A stretch of 64,000 bases of DNA from an uncultured Planctomycetota bacterium (GTDB lineage Bacteria; Planctomycetota; UBA11346): contig CAWFSD010000012.1 in NCBI GenBank assembly GCA_963818245.1, forward strand, positions 106,994 through 170,993, given 5' to 3'. Both the position numbers and the translations under genes were made by a program. This document shows positions 24,488 through 32,710 of this stretch, one piece after another; the first letter of the stretch is position 1; each line of letters starts with the position of its first letter. The notes under the pieces are model-generated. The model was not told the origin of the DNA. It worked only from the letters and a program-made list of their open reading frames with translations, and ran no database searches.

Positions 24488-24719
24488 CACGGACTCCCGC
24501 GCGTCCGACGGGCTTCGCCGCAGAGGCGCAGAGAGGACGGCCTGAGGGCCGCAGAGCAGAGAGCGGAGGGACTGCGGCTGTGGGGGCGCAGGCGCGCTTG
24601 GCTGCGATTTTCGGCGGGCTCTGCGGACATGCGCCCCTGAGCGGCTGTCCTCTGCGGCCCTCCTGCCTGCCCTCTGCGCCTCTGCGGCGATGACCCTCGG
24701 ACGCGTGCGGGTGCGTTGG
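24488..24719. repeat. Word-palindrome element (GCAGAGG words), copy B
   Basis: This is the same element as 24192-24422, shifted by 296-297 nt inside the tandem duplication. Confidence 0.8.
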
Positions 24720-24731
24720 AGCAGGACGCGA

Positions 24732-25617
24732 TCAGCCGCCGTTGTTGGCCTGCTTGATGATGCGGTCCATGATCGCGACCACGCGCTGGAAGTGGTCCTT
24801 GCTGTCGAAGTGCAGGGTCATGGCGCCCTTGCCGCCCTTCTCCTTCACGCTCACGCGCGTGCCGAAGAGGTGGAAGAGGTTGGTCTCGAGCTCGCGCAGG
24901 TGCGGCGGCTTGCTGCCAGGGGCGGCCACCGCCCCGTCGCTGGGAACGGGGGCCCCCTCCTTGGCCAGGCGCTCGGTCTCGCGCACCGAGAGCTCCTCGT
25001 CGCGGATGCGCCGGGCCACGGTGAGCTGCCAGGCGCGGTCGGCCATCCCGGCCAGGACCTTGGCGTGACCCAGGCTCAGGGCCTGGCTGCGCACCAGGAC
25101 GCGCAGCTCTTCGGGCAGGGCGAGCAGGCGCAGCGCATTGCTGATGCTGCTGCGCTCCTTGTTGAGGCGTTCGGCGAGCGCCTCGTGGGTCAGCCCATGC
25201 TGCTCGATGAGCGCCTGATAGGCCTCGGCCAACTCGATGGCGTTGAGGTTCTCGCGCTGGATGTTCTCGATCAGGCGCAGCTCGGCCTGGTGCTGGGCGT
25301 CGTTCTCCTCGCGCACCACGACCGGGACCTTGGCCAGGCCGGCCTTCTTCGCCGCGCGCAGCCGGCGTTCGCCCGAGAGCACCTCGTAGCCGACGTCGCG
25401 TTTGAGCACCACGATGGGCTGCAACATGCCGTGCTGCATGCAGACTCGCGGCCAACTCCGCGAGGGCGGGTTCGTCGAAATCCTGACGCGGGTTGGCGCG
25501 CGGAGGGGCGATCAGGCCGATATCGACCTCCAAATATCCCTTGGGAGGGTCGCGCCGCACGGTCTTCGCGAACACATCGCTCAAACTACGACCTAAACTA
25601 TTGTCATTTAAGGACAT
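24732..25617 (-). pseudogene. parB: Chromosome partitioning protein ParB, with one frame break near 25440
   Basis: ORF 24732..25439 carries 'LSGERRLRAAKKAG', 'IENIQRENLN' and the HTH 'LTHEALAERLNKERSSISNALRLL'. The N-terminal ~60 codons ('MSLNDNS...IAPPRANPRQDFDEPALAELAASL') lie in ORF 24487..25680. The break is at 'ctgcatgcagcac'. Confidence 0.88.
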
Positions 25618-26341
25618 ATAACAATTCCTTGGCGGCGGCGAGGTAGGCCAGGCCACCAGGACTAAGGGGATCGTAATCAAGGATGGTCTGGCCGTGGCTC
25701 GGTGCCGCCGCCAAGGCGATGTCGCGAGGGATGGCAGCGGCGAAGGCCTTTGGTCCGAAATGGTGTCGGACCTGCTCGGCGACTTGGCGGGCGAGGGGGT
25801 GGCGGGCTTCGTACATGGTCAATCAGGATCCCCAAGACCGCGACATCGGAATTCACATCCTGCCGCAAATCCTCGATGAAGGCAAGCAGCTGCGAAAGTC
25901 CTTCCATGGCGAAATATTCGCTCTGAAGCGGGATCAGCGAGATGATCGGCGGCCAAAAAAGCATTCATCGGTAAGAAAGACAGGTTTGGGGGACAATCGA
26001 TGAAGATCAGGTCGAAGTCCTTACGCAGGGGGGCCAACGCATATTTCAAGGCGAAGCGGCCCCCTTCAGTGCGCGCAAGAGCCTTTTCCTGCTCGAGGAG
26101 GTCCTCTCCCGCCGAAATGGCCCACAAGTTCGTCTTGGACCGTCTGATGAGGAAGCTGTCCGCTGTACACTGAAGGTCCCGAAACACGCCCAAGGAGGAC
26201 GCTCGTAGCATTTCCTTGAGGATCATTATCGATAACCAAGGTCCGCTTGCCACTCAAAGCGCAGAAAGCGGCCAAATTGACCACTGAGGTCGTCTTCCCG
26301 ACGCCTCCCTTCTGATTCGAAACGGCAAGGATATGGGCCAT
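25604..26341 (-). pseudogene. parA: Chromosome partitioning ATPase ParA/Soj, with three frame breaks
   Basis: The fragments are '[18 protein letters not shown]' (from 26341), 'DLIFIDCPPNLSFL', 'IPLQSEYFAMEGLSQLL' and 'IPRDIALAAAPSHGQTILDYDP'. They sit in ORFs 26066..26410, 25819..26253, 25677..25964 and 25604..25822. Breaks lie near 26160, 25945 and 25820, each equivalent to a +1 insertion. Confidence 0.85.
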
Positions 26342-26359
26342 GCATGATCCAGAGGGCTT

Positions 26360-26375
26360 GGTTCCACGTGGAACA
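26360..26375. promoter_or_regulatory. parS centromere site 1
   Basis: GGTTCCACGTGGAACA contains a 14-bp perfect palindrome. It closely matches the canonical parS sequence TGTTCCACGTGAAACA and lies 19 nt upstream of the parA start. Confidence 0.8.
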
Positions 26376-26390
26376 CAGCCCTTGAGGGGC

Positions 26391-26406
26391 TGTTCCACGT
26401 GGAACA
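26391..26406. promoter_or_regulatory. parS centromere site 2
   Basis: TGTTCCACGTGGAACA is a 16-bp perfect palindrome, one mismatch from canonical parS. It abuts the hom stop codon. Confidence 0.8.
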
Positions 26407-27723
26407 TCACAGACGTCGGAGGGTCACCGTGGGATGAAGGGTCAAACCACTATCATCGATATGCTTGATCGCCTTGAGAAAATGGCCACCGCGGAGCGGG
26501 TGAGTGGTGATTTCGATGCAGGCGCGGCCTTGGGCGTCAGCGGCACCTTGGTGAATGCTCAGCACACTGACCCCCTGCTGGCTCAGACCGTTGGTGATGC
26601 CAGCCAGAATGCCAGCCCGATCGGGTACCGCAAACCGCGCATAGCTGCTGGTCACTTCCTCATCTTCAGGCAAAAAGGTCAACGGTTCAGCATTCGTGAA
26701 AAAACGGAATCGGCGGGCTGTTGCTTGATACCGGCCCGTGCACACATCCACGACATCCGCCATGACTGCGCTGGCTGTTGGGAGCGCGCCAGCCCCCTGG
26801 CCGACCAAGAGGGTCGGACCAGCGGCGGAGCCGACTATATAAATCCCGTTGTAATTACGACTTACGGAAGAAAGGGGGTGCTCGATCGGGACCAGCGTGG
26901 GGGCCACCAGCAGTTCGAGGCCTTCCGGACGCCGCTTGGCGACCGCCAGGAGCTTGATACGAGCTCCCATGGTCTTAGCAGATGTGATGTCCTGAAACGT
27001 GATATTTTGAATGCCCTCAATGCGAACGTTCTCTATCGGTATGCGCGTATGGAATGCGATGCGTGCGAGGATCGCAAGCTTATGGGCGGTATCGGTGCCA
27101 TCGACATCGAGAGTGGGATCGGCCTCCGCATACCCGAGACGCTGGGCCTCGGCCAGGGCCTCGGTATAGCTACGGCCCTCCTCCTCCATCTTGGTGAGGA
27201 TGAAGTTGCAGGTGCCGTTGAGGATGGCGGAGATCGCCTCGATGCGATTGGCGACCAGGCCATCGCGCAGGGCGGCGATGACGGGGATCCCACCGGCGAC
27301 CGCCGCCTCGAAGGCGATGCTGACGTCATGGGCGGCGGCGGCGGCGAAGAGCTCGTCGCCATGGACCGCGAGCATGGCCTTGTTGGCGGTGACCACGTGC
27401 TTGCCGGCAGCCATGCAGGCCAGGGCGATGTCGCGCGCGACCGTGGTGCCTCCGACCAGGTGGATGACGGTGCGGATCTCGCGGTCGCCGAGGATGGCGT
27501 CGAGGCGATCGGTGACGGTGGCGCCGGCCGGCGTGCGGCCGCGCGGTCGCGAGGGGGTGCGCGTGACGATGGTGCGCAGGTGCAGGTCGAGACCGCAGCG
27601 CGCGCGGAACAGCTCGGGGTCGCGCTCGAGGATCTCGACCACCCCACCGCCCACCGTGCCCCAACCCACCAGTCCGAGCGGACAGCGCTCCATGTCGGAA
27701 TCTCCTTGCCGTTGCGTCGGCAT
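26407..27723 (-). CDS. hom: Homoserine dehydrogenase
   Basis: ORF 26407..27723 has the NAD-binding motif '[11 protein letters not shown]', the catalytic-domain motif '[22 protein letters not shown]' and a C-terminal ACT domain. The start could be the internal 'MERCPLG' at 27693. The 3' ~700 nt are visibly AT-richer than the 5' part. Confidence 0.9.
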   Translation of the reverse strand: MPTQRQGDSDMERCPLGLVGWGTVGGGVVEILERDPELFRARCGLDLHLRTIVTRTPSRPRGRTPAGATVTDRLDAILGDREIRTVIHLVGGTTVARDIALACMAAGKHVVTANKAMLAVHGDELFAAAAAHDVSIAFEAAVAGGIPVIAALRDGLVANRIEAISAILNGTCNFILTKMEEEGRSYTEALAEAQRLGYAEADPTLDVDGTDTAHKLAILARIAFHTRIPIENVRIEGIQNITFQDITSAKTMGARIKLLAVAKRRPEGLELLVAPTLVPIEHPLSSVSRNYNGIYIVGSAAGPTLLVGQGAGALPTASAVMADVVDVCTGRYQATARRFRFFTNAEPLTFLPEDEEVTSSYARFAVPDRAGILAGITNGLSQQGVSVLSIHQGAADAQGRACIEITTHPLRGGHFLKAIKHIDDSGLTLHPTVTLRRL

Positions 27724-27772
27724 GGTGGCCCCACGGGGGCGGGCGCAAGGCGGCGCTGCGCGTCAGAGGGGC

Positions 27773-27972
27773 AAGACCCTAGACCCTAGGCCCTGGACCC
27801 TCGGTCGTTACGCGGGGTGAAACGCGAGTCCCGGGGTCGTCCAGTGACTCCAACGAAAACAAGGATTCTTGTAAGTCCACGCGAACAGCGTGGAAAACAG
27901 GTCTAGGGTCTAGGGTCTAGGGTCTAGGGTCTAGGGTCTAGGGTCTAGGGTCTAGGGTCTAGGCCCAGGGTC
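27773..27972. repeat. Word-palindrome element (TAGGGTC words)
   Basis: The left arm (27775-27802) has four GACCCTA-type units. An AT-richer core of about 100 nt follows. The right arm has eight perfect TAGGGTC units plus two degenerate ones (27904-27972). Confidence 0.85.
27904..27959. repeat. Perfect 7-mer tandem array (TAGGGTC) x 8
   Basis: Read directly: units start at 27904, 27911, 27918, 27925, 27932, 27939, 27946 and 27953. Confidence 0.95.
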
Positions 27973-27989
27973 TGCGCCACAGGCGCCCG

Positions 27990-28736
27990 CTACATCCCCT
28001 GTTCGAGCCGCTCCGCCAGGAACCGGCTCAAGCCGGCGCTGATGATCTTGTCCTGGGTGCGCTGGAAGTCGTAGCGCAGGCGGTGGAAGGTCAGACGGTC
28101 GCCGTCGAGGGTGGCGAAGCTCGCGCGGTTGTCGCGGTCGCGCGGCTGGCCGACCGAACCGACGCAGACGTAGGCCTTGTGGCCCTTGGGGATGCGGAAG
28201 GTGCGGTGGCCGTCGTGGGGCACCATGATGCCGAGCGTGGTGGCCAGGAAGGGGGTGTGGTTGTGCCCCGCGAAGCAGATGTCGAAGCCGGAGAAGTCGC
28301 GGCTGAGGGTCTCGATCATCTGCTGCGATTCGACGGGATTCTCCGGCTCATCGACGTAGTCGTGCACGGGGTCGTAGATCGAGCCGTGGACCAGCAGCAG
28401 GTTGCCCTTGAGCACGAAGGGGGTGCGCTCCTTGAACCACGGCATCGCGGCGTCGGGGCCCGCGGTGTCGGCCAGCTCGATGCGCGTCCAGTCGATGGCG
28501 CGGGCGGCGAGGGGGTTGAAGCGGTGCTTGCCGGTGACCAGGGCCTCCTCGTGGTTGCCCATCAGGGAGACGTTGAAGTGCTTCTGCGCGATGCGCGTCA
28601 CCGCCAGGGGGTCCGGGCCGTAGCCGATGACGTCGCCCAGGCACAGGAACTGCTTCACGCCGAGCTTGAGGCAGTGGTCCATCACCGCCTCGACCGCCTC
28701 GAGGTTGGAGTGGAGGTCCGAGACGATGGCGATCAT
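27990..28736 (-). CDS. Calcineurin-like metallophosphoesterase
   Basis: This is the tail of ORF 27990..30692, with ATG at 28736. Motifs are 'DLHSN', 'GDVIGYGPDP', 'GNHE' and 'GHNH'. It overlaps the maf stop by 4 nt. Confidence 0.8.
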   Translation of the reverse strand: MIAIVSDLHSNLEAVEAVMDHCLKLGVKQFLCLGDVIGYGPDPLAVTRIAQKHFNVSLMGNHEEALVTGKHRFNPLAARAIDWTRIELADTAGPDAAMPWFKERTPFVLKGNLLLVHGSIYDPVHDYVDEPENPVESQQMIETLSRDFSGFDICFAGHNHTPFLATTLGIMVPHDGHRTFRIPKGHKAYVCVGSVGQPRDRDNRASFATLDGDRLTFHRLRYDFQRTQDKIISAGLSRFLAERLEQGM

Positions 28737-29344
28737 GGGCGCGGTCCGGCGGCGAGGGCGTCCAGGCATTGCTGGTGGAGGCGCAGGAGGATGGCGACGT
28801 TGAGGCCGACCACGGTGTCCCAGCCGCCCTGCAGGTCGGTGACGAAGCGGTCGCCGGTCTCCTGGATGGCGTAGGCGCCGGCGCGGCCGTCGCTCTCGCC
28901 GCTGTCGACGTAGGCCTGGATCTCGGCGGCGGTGAGCGGGCGCATGGTCACCCGCGCCGAGGCCAGGGCCACCGCCTCGGTGAGGTGGCCGCCATCGGGG
29001 GCGAAAGCCGTGCAGGTGTGGCCGGTGAAGACCTGGTGGGTGGTGCCCTGCAGGCGGCCGAGGATGCGCACGGCGTCGGCGCGGTCGGTGGGCGAGCCGA
29101 AGATCTCGTGGCCGAGCGCGACCACGGTGTCGGCGCCGACGGCGATGCACGGCTGCGCGCGCAGCTGCGCGGCCTCGAGCACGGCCTCGCGCGCCTTGGC
29201 GCGGGCGCGCTCGATGGCCAGCACCTGCGGTTGGGGGACGCGGATGCGCTCCTCGTCGCAGCGCGAGCCGACCACCTGGAAGGCGACCCCCGCCCGGGTC
29301 AGGAGCATGGCGCGCTGGGGACTGCGGCTGGCGAGGTAAAGCAC
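28733..29344 (-). CDS. maf: Maf-like nucleoside triphosphate pyrophosphatase
   Basis: ORF 28733..29344 has 'LASRSPQR', 'GADTVV' and 'GAYAIQ'. Confidence 0.88.
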   Translation of the reverse strand: MLYLASRSPQRAMLLTRAGVAFQVVGSRCDEERIRVPQPQVLAIERARAKAREAVLEAAQLRAQPCIAVGADTVVALGHEIFGSPTDRADAVRILGRLQGTTHQVFTGHTCTAFAPDGGHLTEAVALASARVTMRPLTAAEIQAYVDSGESDGRAGAYAIQETGDRFVTDLQGGWDTVVGLNVAILLRLHQQCLDALAAGPRP

Positions 29345-29474
29345 ACCCTAGGGTAGTCCGAGGGCGGAAGAGTCGCAAGTCGCGGTTGCGACATGGACCC
29401 GGGGTGGGCGGCCGGCTTCGGCTTCGAGCTCGAGCTCGACCTGTGGCTCGTGACCCGCAGCCACCAACTCGGCC

Positions 29475-30807
29475 TTGCGTCGAGCGGAGCGCCATGCGAC
29501 GAGAAGGCATGCCCACGCGCCGCTCACCGGTCCCCGCTCCCAGGCCTTGTTCAAGAAGGCGCTGCGGCGCATTCCGGGGGGGGTCAACTCGCCGGTGCGG
29601 GCGTGGAAGCGGCTCGGCGGCAAGCCGCCGGTGATCGCGCGTGGGGCCGGCGCGTGGCTGACCGACGTGGACGGGCGGCGCTACGTCGACTACGTGCTGA
29701 GCTGGGGGCCGCTGATCCACGGGCACGCGCATCCCGCGGTGGTGCGCGCGATCACGCGCGCGGCCAAGGATGGCACCAGCTTCGGGGCGCCGACGGCGGC
29801 GGAGGGGACCTACGCGGAGACCCTGTGCGCGGCGCTGCCGGGGATGGACCAGGTGCGCCTGGTCAACTCGGGCACCGAGGCGACGATGAGCGCGCTGCGC
29901 GTGGCGCGCGCGGCCACCGGGCGCGACGTGATCATCAAGTGCGATGGCTGCTACCACGGCCACGCCGACCACCTGCTGGTCGCGGCGGGCAGCGGCTGCG
30001 CCACGCTCGGGCAGCCCGACAGCGCCGGCGTGCCGGCGGCCTTCACCGCGTGCACCATCTCGGTGCCGTACAACGACCTCGCTGCGGCCGAGCGCATGTT
30101 CAAGCGCAACCGCGGGCGCGTCGCCGCCTTCATCGTCGAACCGGTGGCCGGCAACATGGGCCTGGTGCTGCCGCGGGCCGGCTACCTCGCCGGGCTGCGC
30201 GCGCTGTGCACGGCGCACGGCGCGCTGCTGGTCTTCGACGAGGTGATGACCGGGTTCCGCACCGCCTGGGGCGGGTACCAGCGCCTGTGCGGGGTGCGCC
30301 CCGACCTGACCTGCCTGGGCAAGGTCATCGGCGGCGGCCTGCCGCTGGCCGCCTACGGCGGGCGGCGCGACGTCATGGCGCAGCTGGCGCCGCTCGGGCC
30401 GTGCTACCAGGCGGGGACGCTGAGCGGCAACCCGCTCGCCGTCGCCGCGGGCGCGGCCACCCTGGCGCTGGCGTCCAAGCCGGGCTTCTACCGCCGCCAG
30501 GGCGCCGCGCTCACCGCCCTGCTCAGCGGGCTGCGCGCGCTCGCCGACGAGGCCGGCGTGGCCATCCAGTTCGCCCAGAGCGGCACCATGTGGGGGTTCT
30601 TCTTCAGCGATCGCCCGGTGGTGGACTACGCCACGGCCGCGGCCAGCGACGTCGAGGGCTGGCGCCGCTTCTGCGCGGCGATGATCCAGCACGGGAGTAT
30701 ACTTGGCGCCGAGCCCGTTCGAAGCGGCGTTCTGGTCGGCGGCGCACGGGCCGCGCGAGGTGCGCGCGACCTTGAAGGCGGCGGCGCAGGCGTTTAGGGC
30801 GGTTTAA
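29475..30807 (+). pseudogene. hemL: Glutamate-1-semialdehyde 2,1-aminomutase, with one frame break near 30697
   Basis: Motifs include 'IPGGVNSPVRAW', 'FIVEPVAGNMG', 'FDEVMTGFR' and 'GKVIGGGLPLAAYGG'. After 'AMIQHG' the frame turns to nonsense. The +1 frame gives 'VYLAPSPFEAAFWSAAHGPREVRATLKAAAQAFRAV' and ends at TAA 30805-30807. The start (TTG at 29475) is uncertain. Confidence 0.9.
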
Positions 30808-30824
30808 CCGCGTCGGAGCGCGCG

Positions 30825-30858
30825 GCCTTGCCCGCCGCAAACAAGGTCGGGGCAAGGC
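30825..30858 (+). terminator. Hairpin after hemL
   Basis: gccttgccc-(16 nt)-gggcaaggc forms a 9-bp stem. It is followed by gggTTgcTTTgg. Confidence 0.4.
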
Positions 30859-30861
30859 GGG

Positions 30862-30891
30862 TTGCTTTGGGTGCCGGGCGGGATTTATAAT
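30862..30891 (+). promoter_or_regulatory. Strong sigma70-like promoter of the prepilin-like operon
   Basis: TTGCTT (30862-30867), an 18-nt spacer, then a perfect TATAAT (30886-30891). A perfect -10 hexamer is unusual in this GC-rich sequence. It lies 52 nt upstream of the ATG at 30943. Confidence 0.45.
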
Positions 30892-30942
30892 GCACAGGTT
30901 GGGAACTCCCAATCCAAGCATATCCCGGACCAGGTGCCATTC

Positions 30943-31752
30943 ATGCCGTTAGCTCGTGTCACTCCAGGCGGATGTCCCCGCGGTCCAGGCGGGCCGGTGG
31001 CGCCGCGCGCCGCGGCGCCGACCCGCGGCGCCTTCAGCCTGCTCGAGATCATGATCGCGATGGCGCTTCTCGCGACGGCGATGGTCGCGGTGCTGAGCAA
31101 CGTCTATTCCCTGAACGCGGCCCAGATCGCCGGGCGCGAGGAAGCCAAGATCCAGATCCTCGCCAACCAGATGATCGAGCGGGTGATGGGGGCGAACTTC
31201 GTCTCCATGGGCCAGGCCATCAGCGCCACCATCCAGGCGGACCAGAACGCCTGGTCCTGGCACCGCCGCGCGACCTGCGCGCCGGGCACCACGGCACCGG
31301 TCAATCTGCCGCTGGCGGAGAACATCCCGGCGACCGACCCGACATATGCGACGCGCGACCTGGTCGCGCTCGGTCTCGAGGACAAGCCGTCCGGCATCAA
31401 GGACCTGCGCATCTACCTCGAATACTACAGCATGAACATCATGACCGACCTGGCGAACGCCGCCAACGCCGGGCAGGACCCGCGCGCGACCTGGAAGGCC
31501 GAGGTCGGGGACGTCACCAAGACCGACCCCACCACCTCGCCCCCCACCGTCCCCGCCACCGCCTCGCCGACCACGGCCTCGGCGATCTTCCCGCCCGAGA
31601 ACTCCAGCGGCGTCGGCGCCATCGACCTCGGCAACATCAAGTCGAACACCACCTCGCAGAACGACGCGGTGCTGGTGCGCATCGTGGTGTTCTGGACCGC
31701 GAACGCCGGCGGGCCGCGCTGGCACGAAGTCGCCATCGTCAGGAGGAAGTGA
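30943..31752 (+). CDS. Prepilin-type N-terminal domain protein (pseudopilin-like) 1
   Basis: ATG at 30943 lies inside ORF 30862..31752. A long leader precedes 'RGAFSLLEIMIAMALLATAMVAVL', which is pilin-like but has Ala inserted after the Gly. The C-terminal part is Thr/Pro-rich. Confidence 0.6.
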   Translation: MPLARVTPGGCPRGPGGPVAPRAAAPTRGAFSLLEIMIAMALLATAMVAVLSNVYSLNAAQIAGREEAKIQILANQMIERVMGANFVSMGQAISATIQADQNAWSWHRRATCAPGTTAPVNLPLAENIPATDPTYATRDLVALGLEDKPSGIKDLRIYLEYYSMNIMTDLANAANAGQDPRATWKAEVGDVTKTDPTTSPPTVPATASPTTASAIFPPENSSGVGAIDLGNIKSNTTSQNDAVLVRIVVFWTANAGGPRWHEVAIVRRK

Positions 31753-31754
31753 CC

Positions 31755-32663
31755 ATGGCGCGCGCGCTCGGCAGGGGTTTCACGCTCGTCGAACTGTCCA
31801 TCTCCCTGGTGGTCTTCGCCGGGTTGATGGTCCTGCTGCTGCAGTCCCTCATCGGGGTGACCGGGTTCGTGGCCCAGGAGGAGGCGCTGGGGGACGTCGA
31901 GGTCTCGGGGCGCTCGGCGGTCAACCGCGTCACCAACGAGATGGCCAACTCCGCCTGGTTCTTCAGCTACCTGCCCTCCATCCACCAGTACGACAGCAAC
32001 GCCGCACCGCTCTACCCGGCCATCACCCTGGACTCGGGGACGGCTGGAGCCGCCGACGAGAAGGACGCGCTGGAGTACATCAAGATCCGCACCTCCTCGA
32101 CGATCGCCGCGTCGCCGGACCAGGAGCGCTACGATTTCCTCCAGTCCAGCACCAGCGCGGCCCCGGCCGTGGTCACCCTCGACCAGTACAACGCGGCCAC
32201 CAGCTTCACCGCCTGCGCGACGCCGTTCCTGATCCTCAACCCGAACTACCCGCAGGCGCCCAGCCCGGCCGACATCTACGTCACGCACGTGTGGGAGTAC
32301 TGGCTCGGCTCCGCCACCACCCAGAAGACCTTCGACGAGAACCTCGACGCGACCAAGGTGCGCCACTACCGACTGAGCGTGGCCAACATCGACGCATCCA
32401 CCGGCACCGGCCAGCTGGTGCGCTCGTACTACAACGCCAACGGCAGCCTGCCGACCAGCGCGAGCTGGATCCAGCTCCAGCCGCCCCTGCTCGACAACGT
32501 CAAGTCGCTGGTGATCACCAACCACTACACGGCGGGCTCGAGCCTGAACGAGAACCAGTTCCGCTTCTCGGTCGTGGTGGTGAAGCCCGAGCCGGGCCGC
32601 GCCACGACCACCGTGATCAGGACGTTCACGTTCACCTGCGCCATGCGCAGCATCACCAGGTAG
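31755..32663 (+). CDS. Prepilin-type N-terminal cleavage/methylation domain protein (pseudopilin-like) 2
   Basis: An AGGAGG box lies upstream. ATG at 31755 gives the canonical 'MARALGRG|FTLVELSISLVVFAGLMVLLL' (G|FTLxE). Confidence 0.75.
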   Translation: MARALGRGFTLVELSISLVVFAGLMVLLLQSLIGVTGFVAQEEALGDVEVSGRSAVNRVTNEMANSAWFFSYLPSIHQYDSNAAPLYPAITLDSGTAGAADEKDALEYIKIRTSSTIAASPDQERYDFLQSSTSAAPAVVTLDQYNAATSFTACATPFLILNPNYPQAPSPADIYVTHVWEYWLGSATTQKTFDENLDATKVRHYRLSVANIDASTGTGQLVRSYYNANGSLPTSASWIQLQPPLLDNVKSLVITNHYTAGSSLNENQFRFSVVVVKPEPGRATTTVIRTFTFTCAMRSITR

Positions 32664-32710
32664 ACTGGGCCCCCGCCAGGCGCCGCGGAGACGGCGAGGC
32701 GGTGGTCCGA

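Larger units (their letters stand above)
24178..24769. repeat. Tandem direct duplication (2 x ~296 bp) of the whole mod-parB intergenic region
   Basis: Copy A (24178-24473) and copy B (24474-24769) differ by three substitutions and one 1-nt indel. Each copy starts with the last 12 nt of mod (ctggtcgattga) and ends with the last ~34 nt of parB (tcagccgccgttgttggcctgcttgatgatgcgg). Confidence 0.9.

Noticed and set aside
27904-27959. TAGGGTC x8 considered as a telomere-like repeat or a CRISPR array.
   Set aside because: The units are directly abutting 7-mers with no spacers, so this is not a CRISPR array. The array is internal to a chromosome segment and is mirrored by complementary units 100 nt upstream. 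It is therefore one arm of the palindromic repeat family rather than a replicon end.
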